The notes beneath the pieces are model-generated. The model did not search any database and was not told where the DNA came from. It saw only the letters and a list, made by a program, of their open reading frames with translations. A program made the translations under genes and the position numbers. A stretch of 64,000 bases of DNA, taken from positions 1 through 64,000 of the IMG/VR virus record IMGVR_UViG_3300033149_004566. One strand, written 5' to 3'. Each line of letters begins with the position of its first letter. Positions within the stretch are counted from its first letter, which is position 1. The stretch comes from a virus. This document shows, piece by piece, positions 8,880 to 18,798 of the stretch.

Positions 8880-8936
8880 ATCGCCTCTTGGTGGTAAGCC
8901 CCTCCACCACGGCAAGGTGGGCGATTGTCGGAGGGG
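8880..8936 (-). ncRNA. Minimal HDV/CPEB3-like ribozyme candidate, copy 3
   Basis: P1 CCCCUCC/GGAGGGG, P2 AUCGCC/GGCGAU, P3 ACC/GGU, L3 UUGCCGU, J4/2 CCAA. Confidence 0.78.
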
Positions 8937-8953
8937 AGAAAAAAAAGATTGGT

Positions 8954-9268
8954 TTAATCCTCATCATCGTCTTCTTCCACTACATCGTAGTGGAAGAGGC
9001 CTTCCAATTCCTTCCAAGGGAGGAAAGAAAGGGAGACACATGACTCCGAAACGTTACTAACGACTTCCATCGTAAAGAAGTCGTAGTAACCAACATCCTC
9101 CATGAAAGAGGGTTCAAAATCTCCCCCTCTCTTATGGAGGACGAAATTAACTCGACCTCCATATTTTTTCATGGAGTACATAATTGCCTTAATTGACAGC
9201 TTTTTGGAGGGATGTTGTCCTCGAAGTTTTAACTTTAAACATTTTAAAATTGGATCCATAGGCATCAC
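8954..9268 (-). CDS. Hypothetical protein with acidic tail
   Basis: ORF between ribozyme copies 4 and 3. Confidence 0.6.
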   Translation of the reverse strand: MMPMDPILKCLKLKLRGQHPSKKLSIKAIMYSMKKYGGRVNFVLHKRGGDFEPSFMEDVGYYDFFTMEVVSNVSESCVSLSFLPWKELEGLFHYDVVEEDDDED

Positions 9269-9332
9269 ACCGTTTTTTTTTGCATTCCTTTCGGGCTCCT
9301 TTTCGGAGCTTTAGCGTCGGGTCGTCCGACGT

Positions 9333-9389
9333 GACCATCTCTCGGTAAAAGCCTCCCCACCACGGCAAGGTGGATGGTCGTCGGGGAGG
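9333..9389 (-). ncRNA. Minimal HDV/CPEB3-like ribozyme candidate, copy 4
   Basis: P1 CCUCCCC/GGGGAGG, P2 GACCAUC/GAUGGUC, P3 ACC/GGU, L3 UUGCCGU, J4/2 CCGA. Confidence 0.8.
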
Positions 9390-9525
9390 AAAACTTATTC
9401 ACCAGCTCTTTACGCGATCTTCCGCTAGAGGGAGGGAGGATAGGTGAAGAATTATGAAACACAAAAAAAAGGTGCGGAAGATCTTCACGCGAGCCGGTGA
9501 TCTTCAAAAAAATAGTGTGTGAAGT

Positions 9526-10509
9526 TCATGCCTTTTTGGACAGCAGTTTCCACTGATAATATTCGTCCAGCTTGGAATCCAAGTCCAGAAAACAGTCCGT
9601 GCAAAGGCCGTGCATGCGAACCGTCCTACAGGACGGAACGACGTAATTTCCGACTATGCTCTTGAGCTGATCATCGGTAACGCGGGAATTATAATCCCTC
9701 CAATGACCCATGCCGTGCAACTTTTTTATCAGGTCTTTGATGCCGCACGGCGTGAGTTGCCCGGTGTAGAGCAGGTAGACCGTCATCATCCAGCGCGCCC
9801 AGTGCACCGGGTTGTCCGTGCCGAGTATGGATCGTTCGATGCACGGCGGAAGAATCAAGTCCTTAAAAGAAGCCGTATCGGAGCCCGCCATCGACAGAGG
9901 CTCCATGTCGGGATAATTTTTATCCCACGATGAAAGATCGACCAGTTTCTTTCCGATCACCGTGATCTTTCCGCTCGGAGTTCTTGCAAGTTTCAAGACA
10001 TGATCTTTGCCGGCGTAAAGATCGTCCAACGTGACGGGCACGCAATAAAGCCCGGACTTCAAGTGTACCGTGAACGGCACGCGCGCCATCTGGCTCAGGT
10101 CTCCCTTGATGTGAAAATCATTTGACTTCAAATCCAGTTTTTCCTCGACGTGAGCCACGTAGGATCTAAGAGCATTTTTTTTATTCACCGGTTCCGTGCA
10201 CCACCTGTAATGGTGGAATCCTTTTCTTCCGGAAAAAAAATTCACGTGCTTGATGCCGTCATCAATGGCATCGAGTGTCAGCTTGATGGCGTCGTCCAGC
10301 GCGCCCTCACCGTCCAGATCGAAGAACACTTTATCAACCACTGCCGTGGGATAGGTAGCCCGTAGGTGATTGGCTTCACGAAAGCCGTACACCGTGACGT
10401 AACAATGCTTGCCGCCATTATACTTGTTGATGAGATCCATCATTTCTTCCCTGGATCTGACCAGCACGCGTTTTGGGAAGCCGACTTCCCTCGGAAAAAT
10501 ATCATACAT
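9526..10509 (-). CDS. Archaeo-eukaryotic primase (PriS-like catalytic domain fused to PriL-CTD-like Cys domain)
   Basis: FFDLD, SGRKGFH, GDLSQMARVP; C-terminal LPPCI..HWAR..PSC...GLC..C; start trimmed to MYDIFP. Confidence 0.85.
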   Translation of the reverse strand: MYDIFPREVGFPKRVLVRSREEMMDLINKYNGGKHCYVTVYGFREANHLRATYPTAVVDKVFFDLDGEGALDDAIKLTLDAIDDGIKHVNFFSGRKGFHHYRWCTEPVNKKNALRSYVAHVEEKLDLKSNDFHIKGDLSQMARVPFTVHLKSGLYCVPVTLDDLYAGKDHVLKLARTPSGKITVIGKKLVDLSSWDKNYPDMEPLSMAGSDTASFKDLILPPCIERSILGTDNPVHWARWMMTVYLLYTGQLTPCGIKDLIKKLHGMGHWRDYNSRVTDDQLKSIVGNYVVPSCRTVRMHGLCTDCFLDLDSKLDEYYQWKLLSKKA

Positions 10510-11296
10510 TGAAATCAATGTCGTTATCTTTTCTGCATTGCTCGAAACAGGGACAGCCTTCCATCCACCTGCCATCTTTTAACTGCCTCGTGAAGCAATT
10601 ATAACCGGGCTTTGGCGAAAACTCACCGCGCTCTATCGCACTTATCACCTTATCTCTAGATTTCAAAGCATAGGTCTTCGTGACTTTTTGCAACGGCTCG
10701 AATAACACGACGTTATCCCGCGGATACACGCAACATATAAACTTCACCGGTTCTTTAAATTGTTTTTCCATCGCTATGGAATACAACGCCAGTTGCTTCT
10801 TGGTGTCGCCTATCAATTTTCCGTCCTTTGGAGCGTGCCCGGTTTTATATTCGGTGGGATGTAAAGAACCATCATAGGCCCTATCTATCCTGTCTATCTT
10901 GCCCTTCAACCTTATGTCCTCGTCCTTGAAATACAACTCGCAAGCCACGGGATACCAATATTCGTAAACATCGAGCCCCATCTCGCGAATTTCCATCAGT
11001 CTCGTGGTTTCCATCATGCAGAAATTTTTTATCATGGGGTCGTCAACGCGCTTGGGAATGATCTTCTTGAAAGTCTCGAGAAAATACTCGTAAATTTCTC
11101 TTTCGGTCACCAATTCTTTGAGATGTTTGATGTTGATCGCGGGAAAAAATTGCTCGTATGCGTCGTGTATTATTATACCGTCCATTGCTATTTCCGGCAT
11201 GTCGTATTTCATCTTGTCTATGTACAGGTACTTGTACTTCATCGGACACTGCAAGTACGTGAAGATTTCCGTCTTGCTCACGGCATCGACTCTCAT
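10502..11296 (-). CDS. Cas4-like/RecB-family PD-(D/E)XK exonuclease
   Basis: CPMKY, GKIDRID, EYKTG, QLALYS and three C-terminal Cys. Confidence 0.85.
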   Translation of the reverse strand: MRVDAVSKTEIFTYLQCPMKYKYLYIDKMKYDMPEIAMDGIIIHDAYEQFFPAINIKHLKELVTEREIYEYFLETFKKIIPKRVDDPMIKNFCMMETTRLMEIREMGLDVYEYWYPVACELYFKDEDIRLKGKIDRIDRAYDGSLHPTEYKTGHAPKDGKLIGDTKKQLALYSIAMEKQFKEPVKFICCVYPRDNVVLFEPLQKVTKTYALKSRDKVISAIERGEFSPKPGYNCFTRQLKDGRWMEGCPCFEQCRKDNDIDFNV

Positions 11297-11544
11297 TTTT
11301 TTAACCTTTCGAGTATTTTTAAAAATGTGTCCGCACCGACATCGCCCTTCTCTATGAGAGGATAAGACAACACTCTAACCGCTTTAATTAACTCGTCTAT
11401 TCTCTTATCGACTCTTTCTATCTCATTCATCAAGCGCCGTTCCATTCCCTTGGATTGGGGAACCATGTCGTCATCTTTTTTGGTAGAAGCGGTCGGTTTT
11501 CTGCCCGCCGGTTTTGATCTTTTAGCTGCTGGCAATAAACTCAC
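11293..11544 (-). CDS. Hypothetical coiled-coil protein
   Basis: Overlaps polB and the nuclease gene. Confidence 0.55.
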   Translation of the reverse strand: MSLLPAAKRSKPAGRKPTASTKKDDDMVPQSKGMERRLMNEIERVDKRIDELIKAVRVLSYPLIEKGDVGADTFLKILERLKK

Positions 11545-14047
11545 CCAACAATTTTTGTCCGTTAATCATCCTGTAATAATCATAACCCAACACGTCAATA
11601 ATCTTATCGACCTTGTTGTCTATGACCTTTTCCACCATCTTAGTCCAATCAATTACATAATCCGGTGGTAATTTTGTATCCATCTCGAATGCTATTGCAT
11701 CATACGGTCTTTTAAAATAAGCGTACATCGGCTTGTCGTTCAAACCCAAATTCAAGCCCAGGTTTTTATTGCTCCATTTTGCTGCCCTTACATGGATCGG
11801 ATTCGTGCTGTAGTCATCCAGGCGCTTCGTTATCTGCATGGGTATGCCGACCAATTTATAATCGATCCTGCCGCGCATCATTTTTTCCCTGCATTTTCTT
11901 ATGAATCCCATGATTTCTTTTATCCCGGCATTTTCTTCGAGGATCATCTTGAATATCTTTTTCTGCATGTAAGACGTGTATCTGGACGTGTCGGATCTGA
12001 CCACTTCGATGCCTTTATATCCAACGACATCTACGTCTTTTCCCTCGTCCCACGTCTTTCTATAAGCATATCGTTTCTTGACGGGAAACAGCAGCAGTCT
12101 TTCGTACAGGCTCTCGAACTTGATTTCCACGTGATTTTCCGTGACTCCATGCGACGCCAATAATTCGTCATAGAAGACATTTAACGACCTCGCCATGTCT
12201 TTTGCAATCTTTATCGCGTCGTCTTTCGTGATGTCCATCGGAACTTCGATGAATATGGAATCCGTGTCACCGTATATGACCTTATACCCCATTTCATTCA
12301 CGTGTCTTGCGGTCTGTTCGATTATGTAGCGTCCCCAAGCTGTCACGGTCTCTCCGGAAACGGGCGAATATAACCTGAATCCCGGATATCCCAATATGCC
12401 GTAATAGGAGTTCGTCAAAAATTTATACACGGTTTGTATGGAGTTCCACGTCTTCCATTCCTTGCCGCCGAAAAGTTCGGAGTTCCGTCTATTCTTAAAC
12501 TCCGATCTCTTGGATATGAACTCCCACAACACCTTCCTGGTTATGCTCTCCCTGTCCCTCAACCAATACGTGTCATTCGGGGCCCGTATGAGACCCATGT
12601 CGCGAGCCGGGTAGAGATGATGCACGAGCATTATGGCGTCGAGATCCCGCTTGTTCACGTACGTTTCATAGGATATGTTGCTGCTCAGCATTATCATCGG
12701 ATACAAGGATTTCAAATCCAACACGATGGCCCTGTAAATTCCTTTTTTCGGGGATAAAACGGTGGCACCCTTGATCCTCTTTATCATTTCGATGTCGTTA
12801 TTTCTCGGCGGAATGACGTATCCCATCTCGCGGGCCTTTTCAAAGATCACTATGGACATCACCGTGGCATTCGACATGCACTGCTTGAACTCGCATCCGA
12901 CTTGCGAAACTATGCTCGAAAAATATTCAAATATGGATCTTTTTTCACATATCAACCACGTCATTTCCACGTCGTGCACGTTGTAATTCAACAGCCTCAA
13001 CGGATCGTCCTCCCAAAGCGTGCCCAAGTTGCCGGAGTCTTCAGTTTTTCCCACGTCCAAAACCTTCTTTCCTATCAAGTCCAACTTGTAGGATCGCTCT
13101 TTATTTGGCGTTATTTTTCTGTAAGCCATCAGGCCATCGACTATGACGCGGCCCTTGATGTAGCACTCGACCACGTTTTTTGCGTTTTTTCCGCGACTGT
13201 AATTCAGCTTCTGTTTTTCGTACACTCCCGCTTTATGCAGTGGAGACATTCTCTTATAATCTATTTTAAGATCTTTACACCTACACATGATTTTTGCAAG
13301 ATCGTAAGATTCGACGTTCCATCCCGTAAAAATATCATAGTCCATTTCCACGACATGTTCTATCACGTCTTTTAACATGCTTTCTTCCCTTCTGTACGTC
13401 TTCACGTACCACTTGTATTTTTTTCCATCAATTATCTTGCTCTTGTAAGTTCTTTCACCACTCGTTCCGGTAAATTCGGGCTTCCATAAAAACGAATACA
13501 TTGAATCGGTAAAATTATCATAAAACGTGACGCACGTGATGGGAGCACCGTCATCGTGTCCGAAGTTTTCCACGTCTCTCACGTCGACTTCTATGTCCAG
13601 GCATCCAACCCTAATATATGAATGATAATCATTGATCATACATGGCTTTATTGAGTTTTCATTAATCACGTTTGACGAGTCGTCTGGTATTTCTACCCCC
13701 GACTTTATTCCCTTATCGAGCTTAAAACGATTTCTAAACGGAATATCCGTCTCGTAAACGTTAACGAACTTGTCCTTAACTATGGGAACATCGCTCGGAA
13801 CCTTGACTACTGCTCTCGTCAACGGCCTGCCATCCAATGATTTTAGTTCGGTGGTGATGTCGTAAAACAGCACCCTATCATTTGGTATTTCAACGTTGCT
13901 TAAAGAGTCAAAAAAAAAGTAGGGACGGTAACCGTCCACTCTCAAGTGAACCCGCTTATTTCTATCCGATTCGTCCCTACAAAAAAGATGCACGACCGGT
14001 TTACCGTCAAAAATTTCGTATTCGGTAACCGTGCTTGCGAGTCTCAT
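11522..14047 (-). CDS. polB: Family B DNA polymerase with 3'-5' exonuclease
   Basis: DIE, GWNVESYD, YNVHD exonuclease motifs; DLKSLYP, KFLTNSYYG, YGDTDS, KKRY. Confidence 0.97.
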   Translation of the reverse strand: MRLASTVTEYEIFDGKPVVHLFCRDESDRNKRVHLRVDGYRPYFFFDSLSNVEIPNDRVLFYDITTELKSLDGRPLTRAVVKVPSDVPIVKDKFVNVYETDIPFRNRFKLDKGIKSGVEIPDDSSNVINENSIKPCMINDYHSYIRVGCLDIEVDVRDVENFGHDDGAPITCVTFYDNFTDSMYSFLWKPEFTGTSGERTYKSKIIDGKKYKWYVKTYRREESMLKDVIEHVVEMDYDIFTGWNVESYDLAKIMCRCKDLKIDYKRMSPLHKAGVYEKQKLNYSRGKNAKNVVECYIKGRVIVDGLMAYRKITPNKERSYKLDLIGKKVLDVGKTEDSGNLGTLWEDDPLRLLNYNVHDVEMTWLICEKRSIFEYFSSIVSQVGCEFKQCMSNATVMSIVIFEKAREMGYVIPPRNNDIEMIKRIKGATVLSPKKGIYRAIVLDLKSLYPMIMLSSNISYETYVNKRDLDAIMLVHHLYPARDMGLIRAPNDTYWLRDRESITRKVLWEFISKRSEFKNRRNSELFGGKEWKTWNSIQTVYKFLTNSYYGILGYPGFRLYSPVSGETVTAWGRYIIEQTARHVNEMGYKVIYGDTDSIFIEVPMDITKDDAIKIAKDMARSLNVFYDELLASHGVTENHVEIKFESLYERLLLFPVKKRYAYRKTWDEGKDVDVVGYKGIEVVRSDTSRYTSYMQKKIFKMILEENAGIKEIMGFIRKCREKMMRGRIDYKLVGIPMQITKRLDDYSTNPIHVRAAKWSNKNLGLNLGLNDKPMYAYFKRPYDAIAFEMDTKLPPDYVIDWTKMVEKVIDNKVDKIIDVLGYDYYRMINGQKLLGEFIASS

Positions 14048-14643
14048 GTGGGATTCGCATCCGATATTTTTTCTTTAACTATCTTTTTTATAGTTTCGTA
14101 GTTTTTCTCAAAAGTATCGGCATCGAGAACTACGACTCGTTTTTTTATCCCGGGATTTTTATTCAGGACGGACTTGAAGATCCGATCTATATCGGTTTGA
14201 AAATCAACATTCGTGCTTCTAAACCCATCATCAATATTGAAGTTGGTTTTTTGTATGTTGCAAAAAAACACCACGTCATAATATCTCATCCATTGACCGA
14301 GCATGGCGTTTATTACCGTGACGTGATCTCCGTTCATGTTGCCTCTATCGTAAGCATATATAGCGTAGATGTAAATATCTAGAAGTGTTCTATCCATCAC
14401 GACAATGTCGTACATTTTCGAGGCCTTGATCTCCTCTTCGACTTGCCTGGCCGCAAGATAAATTTGTGTATCAGTATCCGTCTCTTCGTTTATTTTAAAC
14501 CCATTCGGTAAATCCCTTGCAATTTCCTGAACCTTACCGACGGTATATCCTTCCTTTTTTAAATCGGCACAGATCATGAACGAATACGTGGTTTTTCCGG
14601 TGGCATGAGCCCCACTAAAACCTATCTTGATCGTTTTTTTCAT
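14044..14643 (-). CDS. P-loop nucleotide kinase (AAA_28/dNMP-kinase-like)
   Basis: GAHATGKTT, EIAR, MDRTLLD, DDGFR. Confidence 0.75.
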   Translation of the reverse strand: MKKTIKIGFSGAHATGKTTYSFMICADLKKEGYTVGKVQEIARDLPNGFKINEETDTDTQIYLAARQVEEEIKASKMYDIVVMDRTLLDIYIYAIYAYDRGNMNGDHVTVINAMLGQWMRYYDVVFFCNIQKTNFNIDDGFRSTNVDFQTDIDRIFKSVLNKNPGIKKRVVVLDADTFEKNYETIKKIVKEKISDANPT

Positions 14644-14849
14644 TTTAACGCCTCCTTTATTTCCATCATGTCCATTTTTTTAATCATCATCACCTTGGTT
14701 TTCTGATCCAGGTCTTCACCATGGTTGATGAGATGAAGCTTTAATGAATACCACAACACCATGTAATTTATCTCGCTTCCGGCGTTGGGAGAAATAAAAA
14801 GAAGATTTTTTTCATCTTCCGTTAAGGGCGGCATTTCGTCAGCTACCAC
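14640..14849 (-). CDS. Small hypothetical protein
   Basis: Coupled to both neighbours. Confidence 0.55.
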   Translation of the reverse strand: MVADEMPPLTEDEKNLLFISPNAGSEINYMVLWYSLKLHLINHGEDLDQKTKVMMIKKMDMMEIKEALK

Positions 14850-15736
14850 GATAATTTCGTCTCCGAATTTTTTAATAGATCTATTACCTTGACGACATTG
14901 GGCTTCATTATACGCGTTCCCGGCTCTACACCGGCTCTGGCTCCACGCACATATGCGACCCTGACCTTTTTACCGTCAATATATTCAAATTTCATTTCCA
15001 TGATTATGTCAAACCAATACCCCGTGGTATTATGACATATCGGGATTGTTTCGCCCGTCTTTTGAAACTTCGGTTCTTTTTGTCCGGCAAGCTGCACCAC
15101 GTCCCAGTCGTCCTTGACCTTACACGTGATAATGACGTTGCATTTCCTATGGCGTAAAAATTTCATCAGGGATTCCCACTTATCATTTCTCCAATACCAG
15201 TCTTTGGGTTGAATGTCGGCACTTTCGTCATCTTTCATCTTGAGAACCTTGATTCTCAAATACGAATTGATCCACTGAAACACGTCAGAAAGACTGTCTA
15301 TCACGATGGTTCCCTCTTCCATGTCTTTATATTTTATCAGAGTTTCCCAAAACACCTCATATGAAGCACAAGGATCGACTTCCAATGTTTTTTCGTTTTC
15401 AACGTACACGTCGTGATATATTATCTTTCCGTTTTCCATTTCTTCCTTGAAGAATTTTCCGAGCCAGTGCGCCGACAATTCCGTGTCGATGATGACCACT
15501 GGATGTCCCTTGGGAACCGGAATGGATCCACTGATGTTGGTATTTTTATCCAAAAAAACGGATGATGCGGCAAAGATTGTCTTGCCGATTTTTGCGGGCC
15601 CATCTACCATAATTTTAACACCGGATTCGTTGTTGGCCTCCTTTATGCCTTTCTTTTTTGCTGGCTCGTATTTTTTTTCTTCTTTTTTTTCTTTAACGGC
15701 GTTTTGCCACGGGCTTGCCTTTCCCTTCGGACTCAT
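14843..15736 (-). CDS. RecA-fold ATPase (AAA_24/Sak4-like single-strand annealing protein)
   Basis: GPAKIGKT, IDTE, IVIDSLS; next to putative SSB. Confidence 0.7.
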   Translation of the reverse strand: MSPKGKASPWQNAVKEKKEEKKYEPAKKKGIKEANNESGVKIMVDGPAKIGKTIFAASSVFLDKNTNISGSIPVPKGHPVVIIDTELSAHWLGKFFKEEMENGKIIYHDVYVENEKTLEVDPCASYEVFWETLIKYKDMEEGTIVIDSLSDVFQWINSYLRIKVLKMKDDESADIQPKDWYWRNDKWESLMKFLRHRKCNVIITCKVKDDWDVVQLAGQKEPKFQKTGETIPICHNTTGYWFDIIMEMKFEYIDGKKVRVAYVRGARAGVEPGTRIMKPNVVKVIDLLKNSETKLSW

Positions 15737-16749
15737 TCATCATCACCGAATTCATCAAAATCTAGATCTTCCGTCTTTATCACCGGTGGAGTGACGGTGG
15801 GCTCCAGAAAAATGATGCCGGACGCATTGATCCTCGGCTCACCATTCTTGGATAAAGAAACTTTACCTATCACGTAACATTTCGTGTCCATTGAAATTCC
15901 ATCCAATGAGATTGACTTTGGAACCCATGCCGTGACAGGAGGCAGATCATCTTCATCGTCTTCCAAGCTCCATAATGTCTCGTCGTCCAACAGAACCATG
16001 TCGTTATTGGAATTATCCATTATGGTATAATTCAACACGGTGCCTTTTGTCACGATGAGTTGTTTTCTGACATTCTTTTTTAATTCATTTAACGGAACGT
16101 AATATTTCTTGCATAACTGCATCAACGTCTCAAATTTCGGCAGCTCTTCATCCCATGGTTCAAAATGCGTGGACGTAGTGCATCGCACGTGATATGCTTC
16201 TTTATCCTTTTCATTTTTATTTTCCACAGCCATGAACGTGATCGGCTCTTTCAAAATTGGTTCTAAAAACTTTTCATTTTTTGGATCGGCATACACGCCG
16301 CTTACCGTCATGAAAATTGGTTTTATGGAAGGATCAACGTCTTCATTCTTAATCGGAGCTCTCGCAGCCAGGCCAAAAAACGTCCTGATATAGAGATTTC
16401 TTGGAATTTTATTGTCATCCGGGCCATATATCACGCCATTCACCTTTTTATATCCCTGTTGGGACGCAAGGTCGGGACGGTTGATCATCATCTGTTCTAT
16501 TTTTCCGTATTTATAAGAAGCCCAGTCAAAAGGCTCCGTTGCCGCCAATAGAATGCCCTCAAATTTGAGCAAGTCCGCGGTCAGGTTACTTCTCGATAAA
16601 GACAAACGAACTTTTTCAATTGCCCTATCTTCTGAAAAACCTTTCTTTTTAAACTCGGTGAGTTTGGTTTCAAGTTCCTTAATGGAAACATTAAATTTTC
16701 TTGATAGTTTTTCAAGCCATTTATTTTTATCTTTCATTTGTATTATCAC
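15733..16749 (-). CDS. Putative OB-fold ssDNA-binding protein (RPA-like)
   Basis: C-terminal OB-like strand pattern (VTKGTV..MVLLDD..VTAWV..YVIGKV..INASGI), acidic tail, replication context. Confidence 0.5.
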   Translation of the reverse strand: MIIQMKDKNKWLEKLSRKFNVSIKELETKLTEFKKKGFSEDRAIEKVRLSLSRSNLTADLLKFEGILLAATEPFDWASYKYGKIEQMMINRPDLASQQGYKKVNGVIYGPDDNKIPRNLYIRTFFGLAARAPIKNEDVDPSIKPIFMTVSGVYADPKNEKFLEPILKEPITFMAVENKNEKDKEAYHVRCTTSTHFEPWDEELPKFETLMQLCKKYYVPLNELKKNVRKQLIVTKGTVLNYTIMDNSNNDMVLLDDETLWSLEDDEDDLPPVTAWVPKSISLDGISMDTKCYVIGKVSLSKNGEPRINASGIIFLEPTVTPPVIKTEDLDFDEFGDDE

Positions 16750-16809
16750 CTCATTTTTTAAATGATTTCAACTTTGAAAAAGTTGCATACAATATTTATT
16801 TTACAATCA

Positions 16810-18594
16810 TCATTTATAAATCTTTTCATTAACCGAAAATTCAGCCCTTTCGTGAAATTCCTCGCGCTTGGATGGATTCCACCCGCTAACGGGTCTATAA
16901 TATCCAACAATTCTAGACCATATTTCCACGTCTCCACCACAAGTTGGACATATGACATACGAGCCGACAATTGATTTCCTACATTTTTCACAGTGCGTTA
17001 AATTTGGAGTCACCGAAAAATATCCCAAAGATGAATTCTCTGCCACGTTCTTGATAAATTTTGAAAGCCCGTCGAAATTCGGCAATTCATCGATAAAAAT
17101 ATGCGTCATGCAGCCACCCGTGAATATCCTCTGGAACTCTCCCTCTATCTTGACTTTCAAATAAAGATCGTTCACGTCGACCGGTAAATGCGTCGAGTTG
17201 GTGTATTCTTCTTTTCCGTCAACGTTTATCGAAATGTACGACTTTCCGCGAAATCTTTTCTTATCATAATATGCGAATCTCGCGGCAGTTCTCTCAGCTG
17301 GCGTTTGTTCCAGGTTCCACAACGTCTTGTCGATCTTTTGGAACTCGGTTATCTTTTCTCTCACGTGTCCCAAGACTTTATTCACGAACTCGACGGATTC
17401 TTCCTCCCAAATCGGCTTTCCCAGATAATTCATGCACATGTCGTGCATTCCTATGATCCCGATGGTGTTGAAATGTGTTTTCAACTTTCTTGGAAGATAA
17501 GTGCGAATGGTCGGTATCATGCCCATCTCGTAAGATTTCAACACGTTTTTCCTCTTCCAATTCAGCTGTTTTCTCGCCATGTATAACAATTCATCTATCC
17601 TGTAAAAGAGCTCGTCATCGTCCCTACACGTGTAGCCGAGCCTCGGCATGTTCAGAGAAACCACGCCTAAAGATCCGGTAGACTCGCCTATAGACCACGT
17701 TCCTCCGAGATGTGCCTGGACTTCAGCATAGTTGATATTGAGACGGCAGCACATCGCAAGAATGCTTTCTCTATCCAAGTAATCCACGTTATAATTCAAG
17801 AAGTACGGCTGTCCTCTAAGAGCTGTCATTTCAAACATGTATCTGGACATTTCACTATCGTAATCAAATTCCGGGCTCAACTCTACCGTTATTATGGGAA
17901 ACGTGAACGGAGCACCGTGATAATCCCCGTCAACGTGAATCTCACAAAAGGCCCTGTTGATCATGTCAATCTCGTTTTTACAATCATGATAAGTGAAAGT
18001 CATTTCCTCTCCACCCACGTAGGGAACTTTATCATCATATCTTTTGGGAATTGCCTGACAAATATTGAAGTTCATGAAAGGGCTCTGGAATCCATAGCGG
18101 CTCGGCTGATTTAGGTTGAAATAAAGCGACTGAATCTCTTGTCTGACCTGACGGTAATTCAATCCATCATTTTTGACAAACGGTGCCAACAACACGTCAA
18201 CATCACCGAACGCTATTGCGCCCGCAACTTCCTGCTGCACGCTCGTGGTAAAATTAATCAATTGATTTAACACCGTTGATAAATGCTTGGGAGGGCCAGC
18301 TCTTTTGGACAACTTCAAACCATCCATTATTATACTTTCAAGTGGAAAACTGGAACAATACGGCATGTACTCCGCCGTCCACAGGTCATGGAAGTGTAAA
18401 TCGCCCCTATCGTGTGCTTTTGCACTCTCGGGATAAAATTTAGCAATTTCAACCAGGGCGTGTTTTTTCATGTGATTTTGAACTATCCAGTTATACAAGC
18501 CGCTGGCACACACGGTAGTATTGGCATTATCATTTTTATGATAACCATTATTCTTATAATCGTATATTATTCTATCTAATGTTTTCATTTGCAT
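16810..18594 (-). CDS. nrdD: Anaerobic (class III) ribonucleotide reductase
   Basis: HFHDL, MCCRL, EQTPAE, YTNS, CxxC..CxxC and glycyl-radical SRIVGYY. Confidence 0.93.
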   Translation of the reverse strand: MQMKTLDRIIYDYKNNGYHKNDNANTTVCASGLYNWIVQNHMKKHALVEIAKFYPESAKAHDRGDLHFHDLWTAEYMPYCSSFPLESIIMDGLKLSKRAGPPKHLSTVLNQLINFTTSVQQEVAGAIAFGDVDVLLAPFVKNDGLNYRQVRQEIQSLYFNLNQPSRYGFQSPFMNFNICQAIPKRYDDKVPYVGGEEMTFTYHDCKNEIDMINRAFCEIHVDGDYHGAPFTFPIITVELSPEFDYDSEMSRYMFEMTALRGQPYFLNYNVDYLDRESILAMCCRLNINYAEVQAHLGGTWSIGESTGSLGVVSLNMPRLGYTCRDDDELFYRIDELLYMARKQLNWKRKNVLKSYEMGMIPTIRTYLPRKLKTHFNTIGIIGMHDMCMNYLGKPIWEEESVEFVNKVLGHVREKITEFQKIDKTLWNLEQTPAERTAARFAYYDKKRFRGKSYISINVDGKEEYTNSTHLPVDVNDLYLKVKIEGEFQRIFTGGCMTHIFIDELPNFDGLSKFIKNVAENSSLGYFSVTPNLTHCEKCRKSIVGSYVICPTCGGDVEIWSRIVGYYRPVSGWNPSKREEFHERAEFSVNEKIYK

Positions 18595-18726
18595 GATTTC
18601 GACCTCTTTTCAATCATTTTTACTACATGTCCTCCATTTTTTACAATTTTCCGAATCACGCTTTTACAAGCGAGCACGTCATGTAAGACGCGATTTTTTT
18701 ATCTTGCATATTATATGACATCAATG

Positions 18727-18743
18727 ATATATAAATTTTTTGC
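18727..18743 (-). promoter_or_regulatory. Archaeal BRE-TATA promoter upstream of nrdD/replication operon
   Basis: Minus strand GCAAAAAATTTATATATC. Confidence 0.55.
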
Positions 18744-18798
18744 ATGCCGAAATTGATTTTTTTACATCCCAAACGACTTTTCAAAACTCGGTTTTGAT

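Noticed and set aside
6624-9389. CRISPR array or mini-array interpretation of the intergenic repeats, given the nearby Cas4-like gene
   Set aside because: Repeats are 55-60 nt, irregularly spaced by whole genes and covary as RNA helices. The Cas4-like nuclease sits in the replication module with no other cas genes.
6200-9525. tRNA genes next to the ribozymes (theta-ribozyme context)
   Set aside because: No T-loop/cloverleaf recognised by eye here or elsewhere in the window; tRNAscan-SE would be needed to exclude them fully.
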